A stretch of DNA of 64,000 nt from Clostridia bacterium (GCA_017416425.1 JAFQCL010000028.1:1813-65812), one strand, 5' to 3'. Positions 51,589-60,885 are shown, counted from the stretch's first letter. The notes: generated from the letters alone by a model not told the origin. Numbers and translations are program-made.

Positions 51589-52833
51589 ATGGAAAACGTA
51601 AAGAATAAATCCGTTGACATTACACGCGTATTGATGATCGTAGCAATAGCGCTGATAGCTTTTGGCGTTATTACTTTTGCCATAGTAAGACTTACCGCTA
51701 ATAGCAGAAATGAGGTACGCAACGAAATTTTGGGCACTATAACGCTCGATCATGGTTTGCAAAATACGGCAGAGGGGTATAACTATAACAGTGAGAGCGC
51801 CCTCTTTTTCGATGAATATGATCCGACACAGGAAAAAGCCGATGTGCTCTGTAAGATGCTTATCGCGCGTCTTGGTAGAGAAATGTATGTGCTTGACGGC
51901 GCAACAAGCCTTAATATGCGCTATGGAGCGGCAAGATATACAAAATATGGCTACCCCGGAGATGGCGATGCGCTTTGTGTGATAGCCTGCTACCGCGGCG
52001 ATGCTCCTGATAACAACCTTTATGGAGCCGAGCGCCTGAGCCTTGGCGACCGCATAGTAATGCTTTTTCATGACAGCACAGAGGCGATATACTCGGTTGA
52101 AGCTAATAATGTAGTAAATGCGTCAAACATAGCCAGAATAATCGATTCCGCAAATGGGCTGCATGAGCTTTTGATTGTGACATATGAATCCGAAGGTTGG
52201 CTTCGCGTTATAAGGTGCAATTATGTGGAAAGCGTGCAGGGCACAAAAGACCCATATGCTACGCAGTACCCAAAGGGCGATGATCCGGTTCAAACGCCCG
52301 GAGGACCTGCACAAAAGCCAACGCCTACAGGCAGGCTTGACGGTACGCCCGCCCCAATAACAAGGCCTACGCATTCCGGCGATGAAGGCCCGGCAAGAAC
52401 TCCGCAGGGAGGTGGCGCTATAACCGTGCCTACAGGCGGAGTACAGCCTGATCCCACGAATACACCAAAGCCGACTGTTACGCCAAAGCCGACTAATACT
52501 CCCATACCCACGAGTACTCCCACGGCAGATCCAAGGCCAACGCCGACTTTAACGCCTGAACCCACGGATCCTTTCGTGCCTACGCCTACAGAGGAGCCCA
52601 CGGAGGAACCTACAGAGGAGCCCACAGAGGAGCCCACGGAGGAACCTACAGAGGAGCCTACGCAGGAGCCCACGGAGGAACCTACAGAGGAGCCTACTCA
52701 GGAGCCTATGCCTACCGAAGAACCCGAGCCTACCGAAGAGCCGGAGCCTACCGAGGAACCCGAGCCTGAGCCGGGCAGCGGTCGTTTTATGACGGTATTT
52801 GGCATACGGGGTGTGATCTTAAGCGAGAAATAG
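51589..52833 (+). CDS. Membrane-anchored sortase-like domain protein with a Pro/Thr/Glu-rich repetitive C-terminal tail
   Basis: GGAGA RBS before the ATG at 51589, then an N-terminal TM. YPGDGDALCVIACYRGD...LSLGDRIVMLF...ELLIVTYE...LRVIRC parallels the sortase motifs PG.GN.VIAGHR...L..GD.I...TL.TC...R, with Tyr at the expected His and Cys positions. Confidence 0.4.
   Translation: MENVKNKSVDITRVLMIVAIALIAFGVITFAIVRLTANSRNEVRNEILGTITLDHGLQNTAEGYNYNSESALFFDEYDPTQEKADVLCKMLIARLGREMYVLDGATSLNMRYGAARYTKYGYPGDGDALCVIACYRGDAPDNNLYGAERLSLGDRIVMLFHDSTEAIYSVEANNVVNASNIARIIDSANGLHELLIVTYESEGWLRVIRCNYVESVQGTKDPYATQYPKGDDPVQTPGGPAQKPTPTGRLDGTPAPITRPTHSGDEGPARTPQGGGAITVPTGGVQPDPTNTPKPTVTPKPTNTPIPTSTPTADPRPTPTLTPEPTDPFVPTPTEEPTEEPTEEPTEEPTEEPTEEPTQEPTEEPTEEPTQEPMPTEEPEPTEEPEPTEEPEPEPGSGRFMTVFGIRGVILSEK
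52591..52773 (+). repeat. In-frame tandem repeats (12-nt EEPT units, then 18-nt PTEEPE units)
   Basis: gaggagcccacg/gaggaacctaca units are iterated about 10 times, followed by cctaccgaagaacccgag-type units. Confidence 0.9.
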
Positions 52834-52839
52834 CGCTTG

Positions 52840-53045
52840 ATTTAGGGATTTTCTCAGGGGCTTTGCCCCTGAGCCCCTTTCTTTGAGGGTTTCACCCTTG
52901 AGCTCCCACAAGGACTCGCCGTCCTTGACCTGCTATTTTGCGCTGCTTTGTGCAAAACGCTAAAGTTTCGCTCTTAATCCAAGGCTTTATTTTTTGCTCA
53001 ATCCCCACAAGCTTATGGGTCAAGGGCGGATGCCCTCGAAAAAAA
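52840..53045. repeat. GC-rich hairpin-dense intergenic repeat element
   Basis: Consecutive short hairpins: ctcaggggc-ttt-gcccctgag, agggt-ttc-accct, caaggac-tcgcc-gtccttg and agggc-ggat-gccct. Shares atccgcccttgacccataa (reverse orientation) and other segments with 61225-61691. Confidence 0.75.
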
Positions 53046-53079
53046 AACGAAAACAACACTAAAACCGGAGAATATTCGC

Positions 53080-53691
53080 ATGAACGACTTAAGACTTATA
53101 CTGGCCTCAGCGTCCATAAGAAGACGCGAGCTTTTTTCAATGATAGGCCTAAAATACGAGGTAATACCAAGCCTTGCCGATGAGGATGCGCCGCTTTTGC
53201 CCCCGGGTGAATTTGTGGAGCAGCTTGCTTTTTTTAAGGCAAACTCCGTTTTTGAGCAGCAAAAGGATAAAGGCGACTGCTGTGTTGTGGGCTGTGATAC
53301 AATAGTCGAAATAGATGGCAAAATAATCGGGAAACCCCGCGATGAAGCCGATGCCTGCCGCATTTTAAGACTGCTTTCCGGCCGCACGCATACTGTCTAT
53401 ACCGGAATATGCGTGATGCGCGGCAATATTACGGATATTCGCCACGACACAACAAGAGTCACCTTTTCAAAGCTTACCGATGCCGAGATAAAAGCATATG
53501 TAGCCACCGGTGAGCCAATGGACAAGGCCGGCGCCTATGGCATACAGGGCGTTGGAGGGGTGCTTGTTTGTGGTGTGGAAGGATGTTATTTTACCGTTGT
53601 GGGGCTTCCCCTTCCCATGCTTTACGATATGCTTAAAAAAGCAGGCATTGATGTGCTTTTAAACTTTGAACCGAAAATGAGGTATAAATGA
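53080..53691 (+). CDS. maf: Maf-family nucleoside triphosphate pyrophosphatase
   Basis: LILASASIRRRELF, GCDTIV and DKAGAYGIQG motifs. Confidence 0.9.
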   Translation: MNDLRLILASASIRRRELFSMIGLKYEVIPSLADEDAPLLPPGEFVEQLAFFKANSVFEQQKDKGDCCVVGCDTIVEIDGKIIGKPRDEADACRILRLLSGRTHTVYTGICVMRGNITDIRHDTTRVTFSKLTDAEIKAYVATGEPMDKAGAYGIQGVGGVLVCGVEGCYFTVVGLPLPMLYDMLKKAGIDVLLNFEPKMRYK

Positions 53692-54737
53692 GATATAATG
53701 AAGCAATACGGGGGAAAATGAACTCGCTCAAAAGCGGGGGTTTTTTGCTGCTTGCCATAGAGACCTCATGCGATGAGACGAGCGCAGCCGTTTTAAATTC
53801 GCCAACCGGCGTCTTATCAAATGTGATCCACACGCAGATTCCCATACACAGGGAATTTGGAGGTGTAGTGCCGGAGATCGCCTCAAGAAGCCACGTGGAA
53901 CGCATAGGCGGTGTTGTGCGCGAGGCGCTGTCAAGCGCAGGTGTTACCATCGAGGATATAAATGCCATAGCCGTGACGAGCCATCCGGGGCTTATTGGAG
54001 CTCTCCTTGTGGGCATAAGCTATGCTAAAGGGCTTGCCTTGGGGCTTAAAATACCCATTACGGGAGTAAATCATATCCATGGCCATATCGCGGCAAACTA
54101 TATAAGCCATCCTGATATAAAACCTCCTTATGTATGCCTTGTGGCCTCGGGCGGACATAGCAATATAGTGATAGTTCGGGATTATTGTGAATATGAGGAG
54201 CTTGGCCGTACCGTAGATGATGCGGCAGGCGAGGCGTTTGATAAGGTGGCTCGCGTAATGGGGCTTCCATATCCGGGAGGGCCGCAGCTGGAGCGGCTTG
54301 CGAGCACCGGCGAAAGCGGAAAATACCGTTTTCACAGCGCGTTTAATGAATCACCCAGTTATGATTTCAGTTTTTCAGGTCTTAAAACGGCAGTTATAAA
54401 CCTGATACATAGCAAAAAGCAGCGGGGAGAAACAATAAATCTTGCGGATGTGGCCGCATCGTTTCAGGAGACGGTCGTAAATGTGCTGGTGAATAAGACT
54501 GTAGCCGCGGCAAATCGCCATGGGCTGAAAAGCATAGCGATAGCAGGAGGGGTATCAGGAAATATGGCGCTGAGGGAGCAAATGAAAAAGGCCGCGCACG
54601 CAGGTGGGATGGAATTCTACTGCCCCGATATGCGTTATTGCTCGGATAACGCGGCTATGATAGGTGCTGCCGGCTATAGACAGCTTATTAAGAATGTAAG
54701 CGATGGTCTTGATCTAAACGGAACTGCGACAAAATAA
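53688..54737 (+). CDS. tsaD: tRNA N6-adenosine threonylcarbamoyltransferase
   Basis: LLAIETSCDETSAAV and HIHGHI motifs. ATGA start/stop overlap with maf. An alternative start lies at 53718. Confidence 0.92.
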   Translation: MRYNEAIRGKMNSLKSGGFLLLAIETSCDETSAAVLNSPTGVLSNVIHTQIPIHREFGGVVPEIASRSHVERIGGVVREALSSAGVTIEDINAIAVTSHPGLIGALLVGISYAKGLALGLKIPITGVNHIHGHIAANYISHPDIKPPYVCLVASGGHSNIVIVRDYCEYEELGRTVDDAAGEAFDKVARVMGLPYPGGPQLERLASTGESGKYRFHSAFNESPSYDFSFSGLKTAVINLIHSKKQRGETINLADVAASFQETVVNVLVNKTVAAANRHGLKSIAIAGGVSGNMALREQMKKAAHAGGMEFYCPDMRYCSDNAAMIGAAGYRQLIKNVSDGLDLNGTATK

Positions 54738-54826
54738 GCCGATATATATGTTCGATCCGGTTGAAAGGATTTTCATGCGGCCGTCCCCGGCTGCGGCCGC
54801 TCCCGGCCTGAAAAGGCGGCTTTTTA

Positions 54827-55621
54827 TCAGCTTTGGCCGGCTTTTGCGCGTGTAACGGTATAAATTAGAGCCATAAGCAGCATGTACTGAGCGATATTGC
54901 TTTCAGTTCCTGCAATCTCGTATATGTCGCTCATTCGAGCGCTGCAAAAGTAATAGCGGCAAAGCGCGGATACCGGAGAGGTAACGCTGTTGCTTATCAT
55001 AATGCAGGCGGCATTTTTACGGCTTGCAGCTCTTATGCTTTCAAGCACGCATTTTGTGACGCCTGTACGACAAATAGCTATGAGAATGCTATTTTCGCTT
55101 AATTGCTCAGCTTTTTTTAGCATAAGCTGCGGGTCTGTAAGCGCCTGTGCGTCATAGCCGTGTTCAAGCAATAATGAGGCCGCGAGTTTTGCCAGATATC
55201 CCGATTGCCCTTTACCTATAAACAGCAGTCTTTTACCACTTCTTATATCAAGTGAAAGCTGTGATAGCTTTTTTGTATCCAGTACCCGCAAAGTATCCTC
55301 AATGCAGCGCGCACCGCTTTTCATAAGCTTTTCGACAAAAATTTCATCGCTGTCGTTTGCAAGCAATGGCGCTTCATCATAGGCCTTACCTGCCGTATCA
55401 AGGCTTGACGCAAGCGCCACGCGAAATTCCAAAAATCCGCTGTATCCCAGCTTTCTTGCAAGCCTTGTCACCGAAGGTATACTGACATCGGCAGCTTCGG
55501 CTATTTCATTCATGACCATAAGCGATGCTTTTTTAGGGCTTTCAATTATAAAATTCGCAACTTTTCTCTCAGCCGTGGGGAGCTTTGTGAGTGCGGCTTT
55601 AAGCTTCATTAGTGCCGGCAT
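54827..55621 (-). CDS. MurR/RpiR-family transcriptional regulator (HTH plus SIS domain)
   Basis: LPTAERKVANFII...VSIPSVTRLARKLGYSGFLEF HTH, followed by a SIS-like domain. Confidence 0.85.
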   Translation of the reverse strand: MPALMKLKAALTKLPTAERKVANFIIESPKKASLMVMNEIAEAADVSIPSVTRLARKLGYSGFLEFRVALASSLDTAGKAYDEAPLLANDSDEIFVEKLMKSGARCIEDTLRVLDTKKLSQLSLDIRSGKRLLFIGKGQSGYLAKLAASLLLEHGYDAQALTDPQLMLKKAEQLSENSILIAICRTGVTKCVLESIRAASRKNAACIMISNSVTSPVSALCRYYFCSARMSDIYEIAGTESNIAQYMLLMALIYTVTRAKAGQS

Positions 55622-55825
55622 GGATTATACCTCCTTTATATATTGAAAATTATATTACCTGAGCTTATTTTTTTCAAGTGTTTTTAGCGAAAAATGTTAA
55701 GTTTTTTCTTTTTTTGAGCGTATTTTAAAAAAGAAGCGGGGAGAAGCTTTTAAAAACCAACTCAAACATTCCTTAGCACCTTAAGCCTTCTTGCGTTTTC
55801 AGCTGCACTTTGATATGCTCTTAAT

Positions 55826-56443
55826 ATGGAGCTTTTTTATTGTAATATAGCTGAATTCATGGATATAGATGCGGCGCACCTGCTTACGCATGAGCGGCGG
55901 GCGCAGATGGAACGCTGCATAAGACAAAAAGACCGTGCCGCATGCCTTGCGGGGGGGGTGCTAATGCGTGCTGTTTTGGGTAAAAACTACCACGAGCACC
56001 TGTATTTTGGAAAGCACGGCAAGCCCGAGCTTAAAAACGGACCCTTTTTTAACCTCTCCCACTCAGGGGACTATGTTGCTCTTTGCGTTTCAAGCGCAAA
56101 GATAGGCGTTGATATCGAAAAAATAGGGAAAACTCCAAAAAAAGTAGCCACAAGGTATTTTACTGAGGCTGAAAACGCATGGCTTTTGGGCAGAGGTGAA
56201 GCCGCCGCGTTTTATAAGATATGGACTGCAAAGGAAAGCGTGATGAAGGCCACGGGGCTTGGTTTTACGCTTCACCCGGCAAGCTTTGAGGTGCTGCCGA
56301 TCATCGATGGGGAGCACATTATAAACGGCAAAGCATGGTTTTTAAGCTTTTTAAAGATAGATGGTCACCAGGTTTGCATTTGTTCAGAGAGCGTGGAGCC
56401 GCTCGTATTAAAGGCCGTGGGCAGGGCGGAGCTTTTTATATAA
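55826..56443 (+). CDS. Sfp-type 4'-phosphopantetheinyl transferase
   Basis: FNLSHSGDYVALCV, GVDIEKI and WTAKESVMKATG motifs. Confidence 0.85.
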   Translation: MELFYCNIAEFMDIDAAHLLTHERRAQMERCIRQKDRAACLAGGVLMRAVLGKNYHEHLYFGKHGKPELKNGPFFNLSHSGDYVALCVSSAKIGVDIEKIGKTPKKVATRYFTEAENAWLLGRGEAAAFYKIWTAKESVMKATGLGFTLHPASFEVLPIIDGEHIINGKAWFLSFLKIDGHQVCICSESVEPLVLKAVGRAELFI

Positions 56444-56500
56444 GGTAAGCAAAAAAACACCGAACCTGCTTTTGAGTGCAAGTTCGGTCGTTTTAAAAGC

Positions 56501-57001
56501 TCATTCTACCTCTACAGCCTGCGCCCACAGGTGGATTATGTCCTCCAGCGCCTCTATATCGGCCAGATAACACGCAAACTGAACGATAAAGAAAGCATCC
56601 GACCCCTTGTAAGAATAGGAATATATGCGAGTATCATCATTATCCTTTACATAAAACCAAAGCCCGTCTTTATTTTGAGGTTCTATATTCGTGTGTCCGT
56701 TGTTTTCAATGACGCCTTCGATGTATTCCGAAAGCGGCTTTTCTGATAGACCCTCCTTAAGTGTGAATTCCTCTTTCAAAACCATCACACCGCAAAAATC
56801 CGACACATAATAGGCATCGAAGCCGACTTCGCTTTCCTGTTCAACAAAGCGGTCGGTCAGAAGAAGGGTTATGCCATCCGCCTCAAATGTCTTTGATTCA
56901 CCGATCGAGTCAGAATCCGGTATAACTATTATACAACCGCAAAAAACGACAGCGATCAGCAGTAAAAGTGCAGATAGCGCCCTTAACAGCGACTTTTTCA
57001 T
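56501..57001 (-). CDS. Lipoprotein of unknown function
   Basis: Signal peptide with lipobox VFCGC, 166 aa. Confidence 0.55.
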   Translation of the reverse strand: MKKSLLRALSALLLLIAVVFCGCIIVIPDSDSIGESKTFEADGITLLLTDRFVEQESEVGFDAYYVSDFCGVMVLKEEFTLKEGLSEKPLSEYIEGVIENNGHTNIEPQNKDGLWFYVKDNDDTRIYSYSYKGSDAFFIVQFACYLADIEALEDIIHLWAQAVEVE

Positions 57002-57119
57002 GATTAGACAGCCTCCTTATGGTACAATTATGATAATAGTGTATATTTCATAATATTATTGTATTTGAAAACTTAGCTTTTGTCAATAAAAGGGCGCATA
57101 TCGGGCTTAGCTTTGAGGT

Positions 57120-57382
57120 TTAAACTCTACCCGGCATTTCGCCATCATTTGGCAATGCCTCATAGGTCACATTTAGAAGCTTTGAAAAGTAGACCAATTC
57201 GATATCTGTTACAAATCTTTTTCCGCATTCAATGCGCTGAATGGCTTTTTATCCAAATTTAAGCCCAAAAGCTGTAGGGCATCCGCGAGCAGGCGGCAAG
57301 AGAGCTTCATTTTCTTGCGATACTTTGCTACTTGTTTGCCGCAAATGTTGTTTAGCCCATCGTTTTACCTGTTTATGAACAT
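57120..57382 (-). pseudogene. Decayed XRE-family HTH regulator (premature stop plus frameshift)
   Basis: Minus-strand reading gives MFINR*, then NICGKQVAKYRKKMKLSCRLLADALQLLGLNLDKK in one frame, then AIQRIECGKRFVTDIELVYFSKLLNVTYEAL...* in another. Joined, these form a canonical XRE HTH. No intact ORF of 60 aa or more exists here. Confidence 0.55.
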
Positions 57383-57434
57383 ATGGCATTCCCTTCTTAT
57401 CGACATTTAGTGGTTGGAAAAGCGTAACTATAAA

Positions 57435-58670
57435 TCACTTGTGGCTTATGTGCTTAAAAACTACTCCAATTGTGTCGCTGCTGTCTATCCATATATCGGG
57501 AGCGCAGCCGACAGTTTCTTCTATTGTGTTGTCAAACACTTTTTGGGGACACCATACAGTAATTTGAGAATGGGGCAGATAATAGATACACAAATCGCCG
57601 AATCTGCCAATTCCCATTGAGTTACACCCATAAAGTATAACATTGGGCAAAGACTTAGCCATTATGACAGCGCTTTCTGCGGACGATGCCACGCTATCAT
57701 TCATAATAACATGAAGTGTTCCGGTGTATAAATTATCGTATTGTTCCGGGGCGCTGTTTTTACAGGTGAAGTGATATGGAATATCGCTGATCTCTCCGCA
57801 TTCTTTTGCATAGACAAGGGCAGATCGCAATTCGAGGATTTTGCTCGAATCGACACACCCTCCGTTTAGCCCTTTCAGGAAATGCTCCGCAAGAGCGGAA
57901 TTTCCACCAAGATTATTTGACAGATCCCAAATAACATGATTATAGGCGCGGCACTTTTTCCCGATTTTGAAAAAAGAATCGGCGCAATCATCGGTATTGC
58001 CAACAAAAGAAGAACAGGAAATAATTGCAGTATCACCGATATATTGTTCTTCAATCGGGATTTCTTTTCCTGCCGCTGTGCTTGCAATTTTATGCACAGG
58101 TATTGTTTTTTTTATCGAATCAACTGTAACAGCTATTTCCTCTATTGGATCTTTACTGCGGATACCCAAAATAAATTGTGCTTGCCTGCCGTTTGGTATG
58201 GTTGGAAATGCCGAGATATCATCGCTGAACTCAACAATTTTTCCGGTTTCAACGCAAATATAATTATTGTTTTCTTTTTTGACCGTAATGTCGGCTACAT
58301 AGGTTTGCAGCTTTTTGTAAAAACCTCTTCCGTATGTTTGGGTAGTCAAACTCAAATGCCCATCACAGATGAAAGACAATTTATCGGCAATCAAATCAAT
58401 AAAATTATTTACAGCAATATAGCCAGTGCTGTTTTTTATTTTACTTTCGATCGCGATAAAGGCATTATCAAACAATGCTTTGCTATTATATGCATATCCA
58501 CTATACGCATTTTCAATAACGAAACGCAAATAAGCAATATCCACCAAAGCTTCGCTTGCAGGTATGCTTAAAGGAGTGGCTTTTTTAAGGCTTTCTCCGC
58601 TATTAAACTTTCTGCGCAGAATAGTCATGGGTTCGGCTGCTGAATATGTTAAGAAATCGATAGCCTCCAT
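57435..58670 (-). CDS. S41-family peptidase-like protein without an obvious signal peptide
   Basis: IWDLSNNLGGNS (compare DLRxNxGG) and SVASSAESA (catalytic Ser context). GC looks lower than in flanking genes. Confidence 0.65.
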   Translation of the reverse strand: MEAIDFLTYSAAEPMTILRRKFNSGESLKKATPLSIPASEALVDIAYLRFVIENAYSGYAYNSKALFDNAFIAIESKIKNSTGYIAVNNFIDLIADKLSFICDGHLSLTTQTYGRGFYKKLQTYVADITVKKENNNYICVETGKIVEFSDDISAFPTIPNGRQAQFILGIRSKDPIEEIAVTVDSIKKTIPVHKIASTAAGKEIPIEEQYIGDTAIISCSSFVGNTDDCADSFFKIGKKCRAYNHVIWDLSNNLGGNSALAEHFLKGLNGGCVDSSKILELRSALVYAKECGEISDIPYHFTCKNSAPEQYDNLYTGTLHVIMNDSVASSAESAVIMAKSLPNVILYGCNSMGIGRFGDLCIYYLPHSQITVWCPQKVFDNTIEETVGCAPDIWIDSSDTIGVVFKHISHK

Positions 58671-58955
58671 ATATCCTCCCTGCTTTTTGACATAGTGCGG
58701 GCTTGCGCTTACTTTGTTATATCACATTTTGCGGGTGAAAGCAAAAAATGACCGCAATTTTAAGCGCTTGCTTGGGAATTATTAAAAACGGTAATTAGCC
58801 CTCAAGCGGTAGTAACAGAAAGACCATACAACAGGCTTTGACAGTCTGCCGTATGGTCTTTTTTGTTTACCGGTATAGGAGGCTCAAAAAATACCCGTTA
58901 TTGAGAGCCTGGGTCACGAACATATCATTTTTGTCAGCAGCGGTTCCGGCGTGAA

Positions 58956-59927
58956 TCAAGGATACAGCTTTTTAAGCTGCCTGATCGCATCCGGATGATT
59001 TTGCGCTGCGGCCTTTTTCACCCACGCAATGCCTTTTTCGGGGTTTGCAGTGCAGCCGTTGCCGTTAAAATACATTACGCCGCACACAAATTGCGCATCG
59101 GCATATCCCTGTTCTGCAGACTTTTCCATCCAGAAAATCGCTTTCTGCTCATCTTTTTGACAGCCGATCCCTTTAAAATAAAACCATCCGCATCGAAATT
59201 GTGCGGCGCGGTCATTTAGCTTTGCCGCTTTCTCGTACCAATACAGCGCCTTTTTTTCATCGACAGGACAGCCCTTGCCGTTTTCGTGCATGGTGGCAAA
59301 GGCAAACAGCGCTTTTTTATTGCCGGCTTCGGCGGCACGCTCCATCAGCCGGTAGGCCTCCGCATAGTTTCCGTTTTTGTAATGGTTGTCCGCATCCAAA
59401 AATTCAAACATACCGTCAATGCCTATTTCATCCGTTTTAATTTCCGTAGTATATGCCGGTTTGGATACCGGCTTTGGCTTTGGTGGCGGGGTCGGCGCAG
59501 TCTTTTTTACCGGCTTTGCTGCCGGGGTCGGTCTTTTCTCCGGCTTTGGCGCCGGCTTTTTTATCGGCTTTGCTGCCGGGGCAGACGCAGGAGCCGGTTT
59601 TTCCTCCGGCTTTGATGTTGCCTTTGCTGCCTTGGGCAGGGTCGGGATCACACCATATTTGTTGTAATCCTCCATGACCGCTTTTCTGGTGTGGGTGGTA
59701 AACTTCCGTGATTTCCATTCCGGGTGCGCGGCCAGTTCCTGCTTGTAGCGTTCTTTCCAATAGGCGGCTTTTTGGGGGTCCGCCGTGCAGCCAAAACCAT
59801 TTTCATACATAGTGTGACAGGTTTCCAATGCGGGGAGGTAATTTTGCTCCGCTGCCTTTTCGCACCAATACAGTGCTTTTGGTTCGTTCTCTTCACACCC
59901 TAATGTATAAAAGTAAGATTCGGACAA
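58956..59927 (-). CDS. Sel1-repeat protein with a Pro/Ala/Lys-rich linker; the 5' end is probably truncated or degenerate
   Basis: Multiple Sel1 repeats (YWYEKAAKLNDRAAQFRCGWFYFKGIGC...). The only start is TTG at 59927. The frame stays open upstream to 60098 and continues to encode Sel1-like sequence (AKQGYAVAQYTLG...FYWFEKAAKQGYAPAQ) without any start codon. Confidence 0.65.
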   Translation of the reverse strand: MSESYFYTLGCEENEPKALYWCEKAAEQNYLPALETCHTMYENGFGCTADPQKAAYWKERYKQELAAHPEWKSRKFTTHTRKAVMEDYNKYGVIPTLPKAAKATSKPEEKPAPASAPAAKPIKKPAPKPEKRPTPAAKPVKKTAPTPPPKPKPVSKPAYTTEIKTDEIGIDGMFEFLDADNHYKNGNYAEAYRLMERAAEAGNKKALFAFATMHENGKGCPVDEKKALYWYEKAAKLNDRAAQFRCGWFYFKGIGCQKDEQKAIFWMEKSAEQGYADAQFVCGVMYFNGNGCTANPEKGIAWVKKAAAQNHPDAIRQLKKLYP

Positions 59928-60361
59928 GGCGTCCTGCGCCGGGGCATAGCCTTGCTTGGCAGCTTTTTCAAACCAGTAAAAGGCTTTTACTTGGAATTTT
60001 TCGTTCCTATAAACTAAAACCCGACGTGCGCAGTCCCTATGGTATGTTCCAAGGGTATACTGTGCAACGGCATAGCCTTGCTTGGCAGCGTATTTATGTC
60101 ATGCCGTTTTTGGTGTAAATTGAAAAATTACAGCGGGGGAAAGCCCATATCAAAAGGGGATGGGCATTGCCGCGACCGGGAGATACTCTCAAACAGATGG
60201 TAACTCTCCGTATTGCCTACGTCAATCCACATCCCCTCTTTGGTGCGGTATTTGCTCTTTTGCGCCCAAGGAGAATAGGTTAAAAATTAGTTTTTATGCT
60301 AATCCAAAGCCGCAGCTCCTTTTGGAACACCCTTCGTATCCTGATAATGGGTACAAAAAAG

Positions 60362-60434
60362 TGGAGCATAGCGGACTCGAACCGCTGACATCCACACTGC
60401 CAGTGTGGCACTCTACCAACTGAGCTAATGCCCC
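60362..60434 (-). tRNA. tRNA-Ala (anticodon GGC)
   Basis: The minus strand reads GGGGCATTAGCTCAGTTGGTAGAGTGCCACACTGGCAGTGTGGATGTCAGCGGTTCGAGTCCGCTATGCTCCA. It folds as a cloverleaf with a G3:U70 pair, the anticodon loop CTGGCAG and a TTCGAGT T-loop. CCA is not encoded. Confidence 0.9.
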
Positions 60435-60663
60435 AAGCACAACAATTATAAAGCAAGGCGCCTTATTTGTAAAGTGCTTTTTTTGAATAAATTAATATAT
60501 AAAGCAATAGGGCAGAAATAAGCTCTAAAAAGCAGAAAAAGTATAAATATACTGATAATATTAAAATTAAGTTCTATTGTTATCGTGTGAAAGGCTACTT
60601 GCCCTTTCTTGCGTTACCACTGTAGATAGTACGCAAAGATTAAAATACGACATAAGAAATATA

Positions 60664-60861
60664 TTAGCCTTTCAACTTGTAAATGAGAAAACGAAGAAAG
60701 TGAATTGTATGCAAATAAAATGCAGGGCGTATGTCAATAATCACTTGCTTCAGCTGTCCGCACCCCTCGCATAGTTCCGGTTCCTCAGATAGTATATATT
60801 TAATTGCAGGATCATCAGATTTATTGATTTTGTTCCAGCAATCCAAGCAAAATTCAGCCAT
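60664..60861 (-). CDS. Small zinc-ribbon protein
   Basis: MAEFCLDCW...CEGCG. The internal ATG at 60861 is preferred because the longer ORF would read through the inverted repeat at 60886-60919. Confidence 0.45.
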   Translation of the reverse strand: MAEFCLDCWNKINKSDDPAIKYILSEEPELCEGCGQLKQVIIDIRPAFYLHTIHFLRFLIYKLKG

Positions 60862-60885
60862 ATTAATCACCCGATAAACAGTATA

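Noticed and set aside
52290-52673. A 127-aa antisense ORF (GSSV repeats) opposite the PT/EEPT region.
   Set aside because: It is an antisense shadow of an in-frame tandem repeat. The sense strand has an RBS, a TM segment and a domain structure.
52591-52773. The short-period repeats here, and the 255-bp repeats at 61.2 kb, were considered as a possible CRISPR array.
   Set aside because: The 12/18-nt units are contiguous, in frame and lack spacers. The 255-bp units are far too long. No cas genes are present.
60156-60236. A possible structured RNA or ribozyme in the spacer downstream of tRNA-Ala.
   Set aside because: Only the outer 7-bp closing stem and one weak inner hairpin could be drawn. 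I recognised no match to known riboswitch or ribozyme cores. It is mentioned within a finding but not annotated.
56444-60361. The idea that this whole segment is an integrated element at tRNA-Ala.
   Set aside because: No integrase was found. No direct repeat of the tRNA 3' end could be found by eye at candidate distal boundaries. It is kept only as a weaker islet or truncation observation.
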